Source of the DNA: Octopus sinensis
Lineage: Eukaryota
Assembly: GCF_006345805.1 (NCBI RefSeq)
Contig: NC_042998.1
Coordinates: 3,844,001 to 3,908,000 of the forward strand
DNA length: 64,000 nt
Direction of reading: 5' to 3'
Positions 49,851 to 63,453 of the stretch are shown here, piece by piece. Both the position numbers and the translations under genes were made by a program. The notes under the pieces are model-generated. The model saw only the letters and a program-made list of their open reading frames with translations, had not been told where the DNA came from and made no database searches. How positions within the stretch are numbered: position 1 is the first letter of the stretch; each line of letters begins with the position of its first letter.

Positions 49851-50904
49851 GCCAAAGGTCTCAGTCGCTTGTCATTGCCAGCACATTTCCTGTGTCCTTA
49901 TGTTTACAAGAGGGAGAGAAGCACCTCCACTCAGCTAAGCCGGCATCCAGGAAATGTGTCAAAGCTGACAGGAAGCGTTGCTGCTTCCTAGGGCTAAATA
50001 GCAGTAGTGTGATTCCCTTCATGGGACTGTCACATTAAGTTGACAGTATACAACTACTCTATCGTACCACTACTGCATATATCTCTCTGAGGTATTTAGA
50101 AATGTAATATTTCTATTTTTGTAATCAGCGGATTTATTTCACTAGAATTCTTATATGTTTAAAAGAGCTAGCAGGCCATGCTACTAGAGTGGATGTAAAC
50201 AGCTATCCTCTCCCCACAATTTTCAGGTTTTGTGCCTAGAGTAGAAAGGATTATTAGTATATTGCTGTCCTTTAACTCCAGCTCATGCCTACCTGAGTAG
50301 ACCTATGATGAAATGTACGCTATCCATGACCATGTTATTTCTTTTGCTCAGGTTCAGTATATCTGAAACAAAATCTAAAACGTCACACATTATAAGATGT
50401 GTGATTCCTCACAGGTTTAACAACCTCCAATAGTGTTTGTAGTGGTGTAATGGCTGTGAACGTTTTAATGTTATCAACACTGTGCTAAGCTCCAGGTAAT
50501 TTGCAGGATGCCTCTAAGTCGAAAGTGATATAAATAAGAAATTGCGTATATTACCAAAATGGATTAAATGAAAAATCCCTGTCCAACATCCAATCCTTTC
50601 CTGTATTACACACCTGATGTTGACTGGATGATAAGAAATGATAATATGCTGCAAGCAACTTTGCCTCTAATTTTTCCCCAACCACTGAGGGAGTATTTGA
50701 TGCTCTAAGCAAAAATATTTTAAGTTCAAAGCTATGCTACCTATTAAGTATATGTTTGCAAATTAAAATGATTGAAAAATGTTTCAGTGTGTGCAGTACT
50801 TCAAAATGCAAGTACAAGTGGTGCACTGAGACTCAAAAGTACACTAAATACTATTTGATAAAATTAAAGACCTAATCCTAATATAAGAATTCTATTGATG
50901 TTAT

Positions 50905-51400
50905 CATTGTTAGCACGCTGGGCGAAATGCTTAGCAGCATTTTGTCCATCTCTACGTTCTGAGTTCAAATTCCGCCGAGGTCGACTTTGCCTTTCATCCT
51001 TTCGGGGTCGATTAAATAAGTATCAGTTACGCACTGGGGTCGATATAATTGACTTAATCCGTTTGTCTGTCCTTGTTTGTCCCCTCTGTGTGTAGCCCCT
51101 TGTGGGTAGTAAAGAAATAGGTATTTCGTCTGCCATTACATTCTGAGTTCAAATTCCGTCGAGGTCGACTTTGCCTTTCATCCTTTCGGGGTCAATTAAA
51201 TAAGTACCAGTTACGCACTGGGGTCAATATAATTGACTTAATACGTTTGTCCCCTCTGTGTGTAGCCCCTTGTGGGCAGTAAAGAAATAGGTATTTCCCC
51301 CATTGCTATGTACTGAGCTCAAATGTTGCCAAGGTCGACTTTGCTTTTCATCCTTTTGGGGTCGATAAATTAAGTACCAGTGAAACACTAGCATCTATGA
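50905..51400 (+). mobile_element. Head-to-tail trimer of SINE B units
   Basis: Three successive GAGTTCAAATTCC...CTTTCATCCTTT units, joined where the tail AAAGAAATAGGTATTTC runs into an internal GGTATTTC site. Confidence 0.8.
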
Positions 51401-51539
51401 AATCAACTAGTCCTCTCCCTACAAATTTCAGGATTATTCTCTCTAAGGTTGCGAGCTGGCAGATTTATTAGCATGTGTGACAAAATGCTTAGTAGCATAT
51501 TTTCTTGCCTTTTGCGTTCTGAGTTCAAGTTCCACTGCG

Positions 51540-51852
51540 AGGCACCTTGGGCAAGGGTCAAAGCCTTGTGAGTGGATTTGTTAGATGGAAACTGAAAGAA
51601 TCCCATCGTATATATGTGTATATATATATGTGTGTGTGTGTGTATGTTTGTGTCTGTGTTTGTCTCCCCAACATTGCTTGACAACCGATACTAGTGTGTT
51701 TACGTCCCCGTAACTTAGCGGTTCGGCAAAAGAGACTGATAGAATAAGTACTAGGCTTACAAAGAATAAGTCCTGGGGTCGATTTGCTCGACTAAAGGCG
51801 GTGCTCCAGCATGGCCACAGTCACATGACTGAAACAAGTAAAAGAGTAAAGA
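51540..51852 (+). mobile_element. SINE family A (5'-truncated, internally deleted)
   Basis: Matches the family body and tail. Confidence 0.8.
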
Positions 51853-52998
51853 GAATATCTACTTTCATGTCCAAATTCTGCAACAGTCAATCTTATCTTT
51901 CCTTCTTCTGGGGCAAAGCAGTGAGTTGGCAGAATTGTTAATATGCAAGGTGAAATGTTTTAGCACAATTTCGTTCATCTTCACATTCTGAGTCAGTTTT
52001 GCCTTTCATCCTTTTGGGGTTAATAAAATAAGTACCAGTTGAACACTGGAACTGATGTAATCAACTTAATCCCTCCCCTGAAATTGCTGGCCTTGTGCCA
52101 ACATTTTAAATTAATAATTATTCAGTGAAGAGAGGATGGTCATATGGTTAAGATGTTTACTGTACCACCATGTGGTTCTTGGTTCAGCATTCTCTGGCAT
52201 AGCTTTGGTTGGCCTCTGTCTTGTGAGTTAAAAATTACAAGACAACACCTGTACAGAAACATTTTACATATGTATGTATATCCATGCGTCTGTATATATG
52301 AACGTATGTAAATAGGTATTTCAAACAAAGATACTTTATATTGAATTTCATCCTACGACATGAATTAGCCATTTGATAAATAGAGATTGTCAAAATAAGT
52401 GCCAGAATTTGTATTGAGGCTGATAAAATCTACTAAAACCTCAATAACATGCTGCTACAACATGGCTGAAGTCCAAAGTCTGAAACCCATAAAGGAATAA
52501 ATGAATAGTTGATTGCCTATATTGATTCAAGGCATAAACTTGTTTCCTGCTGCGGTAACAGAAATTATTATTTGCTCCATTTCAGTTCTTGATTGTTTTC
52601 TATTCATTTCAAGTTCGTTGTTAAGGTCCTTATGAAAACATGGTTTGTGATGTGCAAACCATTCTCAAGAGAAGGAATCATATAAGTAATGTGGAATGAC
52701 GTTATCTGCAAATTTAAAGTGTCAAATGAAATTTTATCATTGAATATTTATCCCCCTTCTCAAAGGAATATTTTGTAGAAATGGTACAGTGTCAAACTAA
52801 ATGCCTGGTTGTAATTAACTTTATCATTCCAAAGTGGAAAGAAGTTTGCATTCCAACTACATTGTTTAGTTCCACTGTGTGCCACCATGGATAAGTGTCT
52901 TCTGCTATAGCCTCAGGCCAATCAAAGCCTTGTGAGTGGATCTGGTAGATGGACCACTGAATAAAAAAATAAATAAATAAATAAGTGTGTGTGTGTGT

Positions 52999-53041
<43 letters not shown>

Positions 53042-53310
53042 TTCTCTCTCTCTCCTTTCTTTGGCATTACACAATAGTTGTAAAATGATTGGCATCATAA
53101 AAGCAGTGTCATTCCTTTCCAATATTCAGTGGAAATATTACCTTGCCTGTAATCAGATGAGAGTTGGCAACAGGAAGAGCATCAGGCTGTAGAAAAATCT
53201 ACCTCAATAAATTGTTTGACCTTTGCAAGCATAGAAAAGTGGATGTTAAAATGATGATACCACATTCAAGTCCTGTCTGCTTTACATGTAGCAGGATTCA
53301 ATAAATACCT

Positions 53311-53665
53311 ATTTCTTTACTACCCACAAGGGGCTAAACATAGAGGGGACAAACAAGTACAGACAAACAGATTAAGTCGATTACATCGACCCCAGTGCGT
53401 AACTGGCACTTAATTTATTGACCCCGAAAGAATGAAAGGTAAAGTCGACCTCGGCTGAATTTGAACTCAGAACGCAGCGGCGGATTAAATACCACAAAGC
53501 ATTTCGCCTGGTGTGCTAACGATTCTGCCAGCTCGCCGCCTTTAAAAGGATGAAAGGCAAAGTCAACCTTGGCAGAATTTGAACTCAGAATGTGATAGAC
53601 GGATGAAATCTCGCTAAGCATTTTGCCTGACATGATAACAATTCTGCCAGCTCACCACATCTCAA
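53311..53665 (-). mobile_element. Dimeric SINE B (old head plus young full copy) with one TSD
   Basis: 17-bp direct repeat GGATTCAATAAATACCT at 53294-53310 and 53666-53682 flanks both heads. Confidence 0.75.
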
Positions 53666-53883
53666 GGATTCAATAAATACCTGTAATACACTATAGTTAA
53701 TTCAGTACACTATACCTCTTCTCTATAAATCTTGATATTGTACTCAAGTCATTATTATCAATATTGTTATTTCAGTAATAAAGTAAAATTATTATAGTTA
53801 TTTTTAATAAGGTGGTAACTTTGTAGAATAAAACTTAGTAAATTAGCTAGCTAGAAAATTTCTATAAGAGATGAAAGCTGATA

Positions 53884-54282
53884 GGTAATGTTTATTGCTA
53901 TTTGAACATGGCTGTTCCATAGGAACCAATGTTACTGTTATTTTTAACCCCAGGAGAACACCTCCAGCTGGTTATTCAATGCAATCAGTACCTGATATAT
54001 ATTGCAAGCAGGGGAGTGAACCCCTACCGTCTTTCAGCTATGAGACCACTCATTGTGAACTACTGCTATCTGTAGTGGATGAGTATCAACCACTGAGGAT
54101 GACCATGGTCAGATGGTCACGTGGATGGAAGATGCTTGGGGTTTGCTCCTCTGCTTGCAATATATATTTGGTGCAGATTGCATCAAACAGCCAAGCTGGA
54201 GGAGGCATTCTCCTGTGGTTAAAAACAGCATTAACATTGGTTCCTATGGAACAACTATGTTTAAGTGGCAATAAACATTACC
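53884..54282. mobile_element. MITE with about 135-bp imperfect inverted arms
   Basis: GGTAATGTTTATTGC...GCAATAAACATTACC termini. Internal arms match (TGTTCCATAGGAACCAATGTTA / TAACATTGGTTCCTATGGAACA). No TSD identified. Confidence 0.75.
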
Positions 54283-54804
54283 TCTCAGAACTTTTAGTGT
54301 CTGACAAAATGCTTTGTAATTTTTATTCTGTTACTATGGCAGCAAGTGGCAGAATTGTTTGCATGTCAGGCAAAATGCTTGTCAGTATTTCACTGAGGTC
54401 AACTTTGTGTTTCATCCTTTAGAGGGTCATTAAAATAAGTACCAGTTAACCACTTGGGCTGATGTAATAGACTTAGCCCCACTCCTGAAATTGCTGGCCT
54501 TGCGCCAAAATTTGAAACCAATATTTGTTCTATCTCTTTGTGTTCCCTTCAAATCTTATTGAAGTTAACTTTACCTTTCATTCTCATGGAATTGATAAAA
54601 TGAAACAGAAATCAAGATTTAATCAACCAACACTTACACCTAAATTTCTGACCTTCTGCCTGTATAATAAATTTAATTGATTATTTTCTGCCCCATACAT
54701 TTTTAGCTTAGTGCTTATGAGAAAATTGATTATCATTTTCATAACTGAAAGGCAGAAATAGTTGAACAATACAAAAATACCTTATATTTCTCCTTTCTCA
54801 TAAG

Positions 54805-55121
54805 CAGAAAGTGTAACCTCTCGAAAGAGCTGTTCTTCACTCCTGCTCCAGATCGTCAGCTGCGGGATCACTCTGAAAAGCTCTATCTGCGACGATTTCA
54901 TCTCAATCGAAGGAGAGGGGCTTTCTCCGTCCGGGTTGCGGATCCGTGGAATAAGCTGCCGGACGAGATAGTGAAGATGCCGATGACTGCTCGGTTCAAA
55001 GTCTCCCTTGACCACAAATGACCTGAACTCTTTGCATGAACACCGCCCTGTACATAACTCCATGTCCCCCTACATGGCCTTGCTTTTTGCTTTTTGAGCC
55101 AAAAAATTAACTTAACTTAAC
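54805..55121 (+). mobile_element. 3' end of a CR1-clade LINE
   Basis: ELFFTPAPDRQLRDHSEKLYLRRFHLNRRRGAFSVRVADPWNKLPDEIVKMPMTARFKVSLDHK* is the canonical CR1 ORF2 C-terminus (RGH..KL, FS.RV...WN.LP, FK..LD), followed by an (AACTT)n tail. Confidence 0.9.
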
Positions 55122-55589
55122 ATACTGGTTTCAAATCCACTACACCAAGACCTTCTCCAGTTTTTGCAACAAAATAATTACCATTAGTATACTGATGCTG
55201 GGTTAAGTAACTATACCCTCACCAAAAAATTATGACCTTATATCAATGTTAGGAATCATTATGACCAATATTATTATTTAAAGAGCCATAGAATTGAGTA
55301 AAAAAAAAAAGAAAACAGTAAAATGTGGAACTAGAGGCTTGCAGCATGCAGTTATTTCTCTTTGCTGTATTTTCCAGCATTCAAGTCAGCCTTGCATATA
55401 GAGTTAACATTCAAACATCATCACTATCTTTTCAAATCCTGGTGCATTTCACATGAAATTTTTGGTGTTCCAAAGTCATCTTGATGTATAAGTTGACCTG
55501 CGTTGCCCAACTGTGAATTTTGGTCTGAAAAAGTTGCCTTGTATGCCAGAAAATACAGTGTATTTTCTCTTTCAAATTGTGTGTAATTT

Positions 55590-55980
55590 GACGTAGGAGT
55601 AGCTGTGTGGTAAGTAGCTTGCTTACGAACCACATGCTTCTGGTTCAGTCCCACTGTATGGCATCTTGGGCAAGTGTCTTCTACTATAGCCGCAGGACGA
55701 TCAAAGTCTTGTGAGTGGATTTGGTAGATGGAAACTGAAAGAAGCCTGTCGTATATATGTATGTATATATATATATGTATGTGTGTGTATATGTTTGTGT
55801 CTGTGTTTGTCCCCCCAAACCGATGCTGGTGTGTTTACATCCCCGTAACTTAGCGGTTCGGCAAAAGAGACCGATAGAATAAGTACTAGGCTTACAAAGA
55901 ATAAGTCCTGGGTCTATTTGCTCGACTAAAGGCAGTGCCCCAGCATGGCCACAGTCAAATGGCTGAAATGAGTAAAAGAG
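55590..55980 (+). mobile_element. SINE family A
   Basis: Full-length match. Confidence 0.85.
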
Positions 55981-56169
55981 TAATTCAACTTTTCCATCGA
56001 ATATTCTATGGTCGATAAAAATAAATATCCATAGCATACAATGTGTTTATCCAGTTATCTATAGATTGCTCCTATACTTCTATCCTCGTGCCACTGTAAC
56101 AGACCATTATTAGTCAAAAAAGAGCAAAAGATGATGGAACTGATAAAATGGACAAATTGCCCATAATAA

Positions 56170-56572
56170 ATTAATTCTGTCTGCCCGTGCTAGTAGGGTG
56201 CCAAGAGCACCATCTGAGCATTATCGTTGCCAGAGCGGCTAACTGGCTTCTGTGCCAGTGGCATGTAAAAGAGTACCATTCGAGAATAATCATTACCAGT
56301 GTCACCTAACTGGCACCTGTGCCCCTGGCATATGTAAAAAGATTTGAGCAAGGTCATTGCCAGTACCGCCTGACTGGCCCCTGTGCTGGTGGCACGTAAA
56401 AAACACCCACTACACTCTCAGAGTGATTGGCGTAAGGAAAGGCATCCAGCTGTAGAAACTCTGCCAGATCAAGATTGGAGCCTGGTGCAGCCATCTGGTT
56501 CACCAGCCCTCAGTCAAAATCGTCCAACCCATGCTAGCATAGAAGGCGGACGTTAAATGATGATGATGATGA
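56170..56572 (+). mobile_element. RTE 3'-UTR fragment
   Basis: Collinear with 13950-14351, with a (GAT)n tail. Confidence 0.75.
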
Positions 56573-57100
56573 TTTTACATGCTTTTAAGAATTATGTTTT
56601 AGCTGTTCAAAGATAAGCAAAAACTATTTTTCTGTTTTCATAAGTCAAATAAGAGAGAAGTAACAGGTTCCACCTGAATGATGCTGCTGATGTCCAGCCT
56701 GAACAGAGTAATCTCTAGATGACAATAAATATACAGGGGGAGAAGAATCCAGAGGAGGGAGGGGCTGGACCTTCTGCTTGTAGTTAAATGAACTTTGCCA
56801 AAGACAACCAAAGGACCAGGTGCTGTGGTTTTAAAACAAATAGAGTAATTGGTCAGCTAGCCATATTAAAAAAAACTAATTTATTATTGCTGTAGAAAAT
56901 TATTTTTATCTCTTACGTTGTTGACAAAACGATTCCAAACTTCTCATTAAATAAAAAAAACTTTAAAACAGCACCATACATGCACTAACAAACAAACAAA
57001 AATACTCTGAGAAGAAAACTCTTCCTAAATAACAACAGCAACAACAACAAAAAGCAAAATGTCTAATAATAGGTGAGGTTAATCAAATACTGTTTTCCAG

Positions 57101-57144
57101 ACAATCCTTCCTTTACAACGAAAAACAAATGGAATTACATTGCT
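57101..57144 (+). CDS. Candidate small exon of an unidentified plus-strand gene
   Basis: ctgttttccag|ACAATCC...ATTGCT|gtaagt. One frame reads QSFLYNEKQMELHC with an A-rich context at the ATG. Confidence 0.3.
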
Positions 57145-57532
57145 GTAAGTTGATGTTTTGCTAATTTTCACTAGTATCAGACAGAGCTTGTTTACAAATA
57201 GTGGATTGATGTCCCACAGTGAACGTGGAGCATTTGATCAGTGTAAAGAAAACAAAATCAAAAAAAATTTATACGTTAATTGGAGGTAGTGTTGTGTTTG
57301 ATTATGCATGAATATGTACATCAGGTTATATTAATGCACTTGTGTACATGTGTGTCTAACACCATCATCATCATATATGAATACGTATGTATATATGTTG
57401 CGTGTGTGTGTGTGTACTGATGGACATTTATGCATAAATATTATGTATATGTGTGTATACATACATTCATACACCTCTAAATATACATACATACACACAC
57501 CTCTAAATATACATACATACACACACCTCTAA

Positions 57533-57597
<65 letters not shown>

Positions 57598-58744
57598 TTT
57601 ATGCATAAACATTATATGTATGTGTGTATACATACATGCGCACGCAAACATGTGGACATTTATAGGCATTTATGTGTAAACATTATGTGTATGTGTGTAT
57701 ACATAAACACACACACATACATATATAAGTGTGGTCATATTTATACATAAATATTATGTGTATGTGTATACATGTGTGTGTATATGTATGTATATATATA
57801 TATATATATATATATAAATATGTATGGGCATATTTATGCATAAATATTATGTAATGAGACCTATCTCAGGATGTTGGGCCTCACAGAGGAGATGACAACG
57901 GACTGAGATGTCTGGTGATATATGGTTCTAGAGAAGACCTGCCCACTTCAGCAAAACTGAGTTCTGGGAGCACTGTGCATTTCACCTACATGTAACAATA
58001 AAATTTTTCACACACCCCACCTTAACAAACCAAACTACATCTCTCTTCCTCACGTTTCTTCTTTTTCATTCACTATGCTTATCCTTCACCAATTCTTTCA
58101 TCTCTTCTCTATTCGCTCTATCATTGCTATCCTGTTGTCTCCCATCTCCTCTATATATCTAAATTTCACCGGTTACTGCATTTCCAACCCCTACAATCTT
58201 TGCATCCACGTGAAGTCCCTACTCCCTACTCATGCACCCTTGGCAAAACTCTACCATCCCATTTATATTCCGATCCCCATACCTTGAGAGTATATCCTAG
58301 CATTTTCACCACCATCTGTCTCTCTCTCGTTCTATTCTACCATCTCATTTATATTCCAATCCTTGTACCTCGAGGGTATATCCTGGAACTTTACAACCAT
58401 CACTCTCCTGCTCTCTTTTGGGAGTGATAAAAATAGTAATGTTATACGTAGTTAAAATTTAAGGTATTGCTATATATATATATATATATATATGCATGTA
58501 TGTATATAGTTAAGTAGATACTCATCATCATCATCATTTTAATGTCTACTTATTCATGCTTGCATAGGTTAAATGGAATTTATTTAGGAGGATTTTTCTA
58601 TGGTTGGATGCTCTTACTATTGGTAATCTTTACCTGTTTCCAAGCAAAGTAATATTCCCCTACACTAGATATATTTTCACAGAAAATTTGAAGTAAATGA
58701 CATTCATTTACAACAATCATGAGAAGTCAAGACAAGGAGACACA

Positions 58745-58920
58745 AACATACACACACAATCTGTCTCTCTTGCTTCTTTCAGTTTCCACCTACCAAACCC
58801 ACTCACAAGGCTTTGGTTGGCCCAGAACTGTAGCAAAAGCCATTTGCTCAAAGTTCCACACAGTGGGACTGAACCTAAAACATTTTGACTGGAAAGCAAA
58901 CTTCTTAATTGCAATACTTG
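58745..58920 (-). mobile_element. SINE family A, 5' part
   Basis: Degenerate match to the head region. Confidence 0.7.
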
Positions 58921-58949
58921 TATGCATATAGTGTTGTAAACAAAGCTAC

Positions 58950-59018
<69 letters not shown>

Positions 59019-59874
59019 ATATCTCCACAATCACACACAAATATGTATACATATATACACAATGAGAAAGTGATCAGAAGTTTTTCAAATTCAGCAGCAT
59101 AAATAGCATATCCTTTCTTCTACAGTCTCTGTTCACTATTGGATTGGTTTGGGATATTCAGAGAAGTTTGATAAATTTAATTGTTCAGAAACAAAATTTA
59201 TAGAATATTAAAATATTTCAAAGCGAAGCAAAAAAAAAAAGAAAAAAAGAAAGGCCACTTTTCCAATAACTACTTATAAGCCATTGTTTGTGAAATCTAT
59301 TGTGAATTGGAAATATTCATCTTAAATGTCAGGAATGTTAACACAAAAGGTAGTTGAATACACAAACTTTAAAAAGAAGAAACAGTCAACAGAAACGAAA
59401 CACATGTTGATGATAATGATGATCAGATAACAGAATATTATTAAATTTACAAACACATGTATATATACTACAGTGCACGTGCTATCTTATTGACAGCACA
59501 TTTCATAGTGATATTAGCCTTTGTATCAGATGCTTATTTAGTTTAATGTTTTCGATTACAATGAAAATAAATAAATAAAATAAATTCTACACACACACAG
59601 AAATACATACATACACACACGTGCGTTTGTATAACATACGCATGCATCTTTTTATTCAGGTTGTATGTATTTTGCTGTCTATCTAGATCTATCTATCTAG
59701 TAAATGTGTGTGTATTATTTAATAATAGCTTGACTCACCCTCATGGCTTTTGTACGCTCATAGAAAGATCCCATCTTATCAGGTAAAACGATTATTCTCT
59801 TGGCATTTGACAAAATAGGTTCATTTTATGAGCCGATGAAACTTCAGTTTGTATGGAGCTGAGTCTAACTGTTA

Positions 59875-60275
59875 TCTCTCTCTCTATATATATATATAAA
59901 GCTGAAGTTGTCTGTGTATGGCAGGTTTGGTAGCCTTCAACTAACACTGTCGCCTCCGAGACCTGCAGTGCAAGTTGACCAAAATTGAGAGAATGATAGA
60001 AGAATGCTTGTTCTTCCTTCCTTAGAAGCAAAAATTCAAATCGCACCATGTTAACACCAAAAATTGTTTACATCAAAAAGGTGCTTTTTTTCTATGAATA
60101 TCACTATTTTGTACGAAATTTTGACTGCTGTGTCGCCATTTTTCAGTGTATTTCAACCAGAAAAATGTTCACTTAAAGAGAATAACAAGCTACATAATGC
60201 AAAATATTTACTTTTCAAAAATTTCAATTCTAAAGGGTCGAAATAAACCTGAGCAACGCCGGGTGATACTGCTAG
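59875..60275 (+). mobile_element. Non-autonomous Helitron-like element
   Basis: A|TC(TC)nTATATATAAAG start. Subterminal GC-rich hairpin CCTGAGCAACGCCGGG, then CTAG|T end. No TSD, as expected for a Helitron. Confidence 0.75.
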
Positions 60276-60469
60276 TTAAATAATATATGTAGTTCCAACG
60301 AAATATGCTCAGTGTCATTTTCTTTCATTTGTCCACTCACTCACTCATATATATATGTATGTCTCTTCTATTTTTTAATTATTATAAATCTTTCACTGAG
60401 GAGGGAGCTGGTTTCCAACAAAGATACAAGGCATCATTGTATGTATGTAGGTATTATGCATTATTTGCA

Positions 60470-61130
60470 GAGGCCAACTTTACGTTTCATCCCTCTGGAA
60501 GTCAATAAAATAAAGTGCCAGTCAGATACTGTGTTGATGATATTGACTGACCCCTCACATCAAAATTGCTGGCCTTGTGCCTGAATTAGAATCAAAGACT
60601 TAAAGTAGTTGGGTGGCAGAAGCATTAAAGCATTAGACAAAATACTTTGCAGTATTCTATCTTTCTACATTCTGAATTCAAATCCTGCCAAGATCAACTT
60701 CACTCTTCATTTCACTTGGTTTGAGAAAAAAGAAGTACCAGTCTAATACTAGGTCAACGGTATCTACTTATCCTCTCTCCTTAAAACTGTTGGCTTTGTA
60801 TTTAAATTAGAAATATTATTATAAGGGTGGTATGGTAAAATGCTGAGTGGTATTTCTTCTGGAACCTTGCATTCTGAGTTCAAATTCCACCAAAATTGAC
60901 TTTACCTTTAATTTTTTTCAGGATTGATAAAAATAAGGAACTAGTTCTGGGGGTCAATGTAATCAACTTGATCTTTTTCCCCAAAATTACTGGCTTTGTG
61001 CCATGCTTAGAAAGAATGATTACAAAATGTGGCAGATCGGTAAAATTGTCAGGGTGTCTAACAAAATGCCTTGTAATATTTCTTCTGACTTTTACATTCT
61101 GAGTTCAAATCTATCCAAGGGAACAAATCC
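60470..61130 (+). mobile_element. Cluster of degenerate SINE B-type copies
   Basis: Repeated CATTCTGAGTTCAAAT and GCTGGCCTTGTGCC motifs. Confidence 0.65.
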
Positions 61131-61871
61131 ACTTTACATTCTGATGGGGAGTCATTAAAAAATACTCATCATGAACTAGATTCAATATAACCAACAGTTC
61201 ATGCCCCACCAAATCCTGGCCCTGTGTCTATGTAAGAAATTATTATTTGTTTTCTTTTTTCTCAAAACCATTTTGTGTTTCTTAAAATTATGAGGAATTT
61301 TAAAATTTAGAATTGAAATGTAATTTGCATTCGGGTATTTTTTCTATATTTCAAATATTTCTTTTTTTTTTTGTTGATTGAAGTATCATATACATTAAAG
61401 ACAGTTAGTTAAAATATCATCTTTATAATATTTTATGCTTTTTGAACTCCTAAATTAGTGAATTAACATTAAAAGAAATTATTTTGAATTCTATTAAGTT
61501 ATTTTGATATCAAGATATATTCTATAGCGACATTAATTTAATTTTTAACTTCAAAGAATTAGTAAAATTTGTGTCTTAAACCGGCAGAGTAGTCTTAATA
61601 ATAAAATATAAATACATCAAATTTAAGCAAGCAAAAACTTTACTCAACATCCCTGTTTACACTCCTCTTCTTCATAAACATGAAAATGTATAACAAACCA
61701 TTAATTAGCATGGCAAAAATGTGTTATAAAATGTACTTAAAATCATCATAATACATATAAGACAAGCTTGAAAATGGAGAAAAACTCTAAATGGAATTTT
61801 TCTACTATTTTATTTTATTCAATACTCCAATATTTTATATTATGGAATTAAGGTGTGTGTGTATATATATG

Positions 61872-61916
<45 letters not shown>

Positions 61917-62920
61917 TAGAGAAAAACCACTATTATGCAATATTATATATATATATATATAATATTACAGAGTTCACTCATGTTAAAAAATATTTAAGAT
62001 AAATAAAAAAAGAATGGTAAAAAGAGAAAATGGGGAATTATAATAATTTCAATTTTGCCAAATTAAAAACTAAATTTTTAGAAGACTTCGAAGAAGGCTA
62101 CTAATTTCTCTCTTCTTAGAAACTCATATTATTTATTAATATATTTTGTTTTGTTTTTGCATTTCAGTTTCTTTGCAAACATATAAGTTATTTTGAGAGA
62201 AAAAACAACAAAAAAAAAAAGAATGACTGGTAATTAATTCCTTGAAAATTTGAAGCACTAATATAATCCATTGATTAAAACTGGTTTAAAAAGTAACATC
62301 AAATTATACTGGTTTTTTTTTTGTAATATATGAGAAAGAAACAATTTTTTGTGGTATTAGGTACGTCATTACATTAACTACATCTTGACAATGCTTAACA
62401 AATGTATCAGTAATCTGCTGTACACATTTGAGAGATTGCCACAGGTTACTTAAAAAGTACTGGTTACCCCAGGAATTACAAAACTGAAATATAAGGATGA
62501 TACGTTTCAAGATCTAACTACATTCTATATATATTTTAAAAATAATTATAACAAGATATATTTCCAAAGGAATGATTCTAAAGAATTCCTCAGTATAATT
62601 TGTCACCATGTGGATGATGAGGATCATATTATCGGAATACCCTCTATTATAAAAAATAATTAATATATATGAATAAGGAAGTACTTTTTAAGTTTAAGTG
62701 GTAAAATTATGTTAATTTATTAATATATTTTGTTTTTTGATTTTGCATTTCAGTTTTGCATTTCAGTTTCTGTGAAAGGTAAAAATAAGAAGAATGACTT
62801 GTAATTAATTCCTTGAAAATTTAAAGCACTAATATAATCCATTGATATAAGAGAAATAATGTTCATAATCTTAATTGAGAATATAAAAACTCGATGATTA
62901 CAAGAGATATGGTTATTGTT

Positions 62921-63277
62921 ATCTCTTACTTGTTTCAGTCGTTTGACTGTGGCCATGCTGGAGCACTGCCTTTAGTCGACCAAATCGACCCCAGGACTTA
63001 TTCTTTGTAAGCCTAGTACTTATTCTATCGGTCTCTATGGCCGAACTGCTAAGTTACAGGGGACGTAAACACACCAGCATCGGTTGTCAAGCGATGTTGG
63101 GGGGACAGACACAGACACACATACACATATATAAAATGGGCTTCTTTCAGTTTCCATCAACCAAATCCACTTGGAAGGCTTTGATCGGCTTGAGGCTATA
63201 GCAGAAGACAGTGGGACTGAACCCGGAACCATGTGGTTCGTAAGCAAGCTACTTACCACACATCCACTCCTACACCT
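62921..63277 (-). mobile_element. SINE family A
   Basis: Near full-length match with an internal deletion. Confidence 0.85.
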
Positions 63278-63453
63278 ATCTAAAAATACTAGATTAGCAG
63301 ATTGGGTATGAGTGACAAAAATAAGAAAGCCTTATTAGTCTTAAGGCACATAGTCAAATATATCTTTATACCTCTATCCTTATAGTTTGAAAATTATATG
63401 TGGTATGGGATACAAACATCTAGATGTTTTCAAGTACATTCTTAATTCTGCAG

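Noticed and set aside
50292-50361. Minus-strand 70-nt open segment with a good acceptor and donor
   Set aside because: It overlaps what appears to be a degenerate SINE tail, so the splice signals are probably coincidental.
50415-50495. 81-nt AG/GT-bounded segment (cctcacag|...CCAG|gtaatt)
   Set aside because: Stop codons in all three frames. At most a non-coding exon, with no support.
53895-54422. 175-aa plus-strand ORF
   Set aside because: It lies across an inverted-repeat MITE and a SINE, with no domain features.
57060-57100. ATG TCT AAT AAT AG|gtgagg...ttccag, giving an in-frame extension of the 57101 exon
   Set aside because: It would need a 28-nt intron, too short for the major spliceosome in animals.
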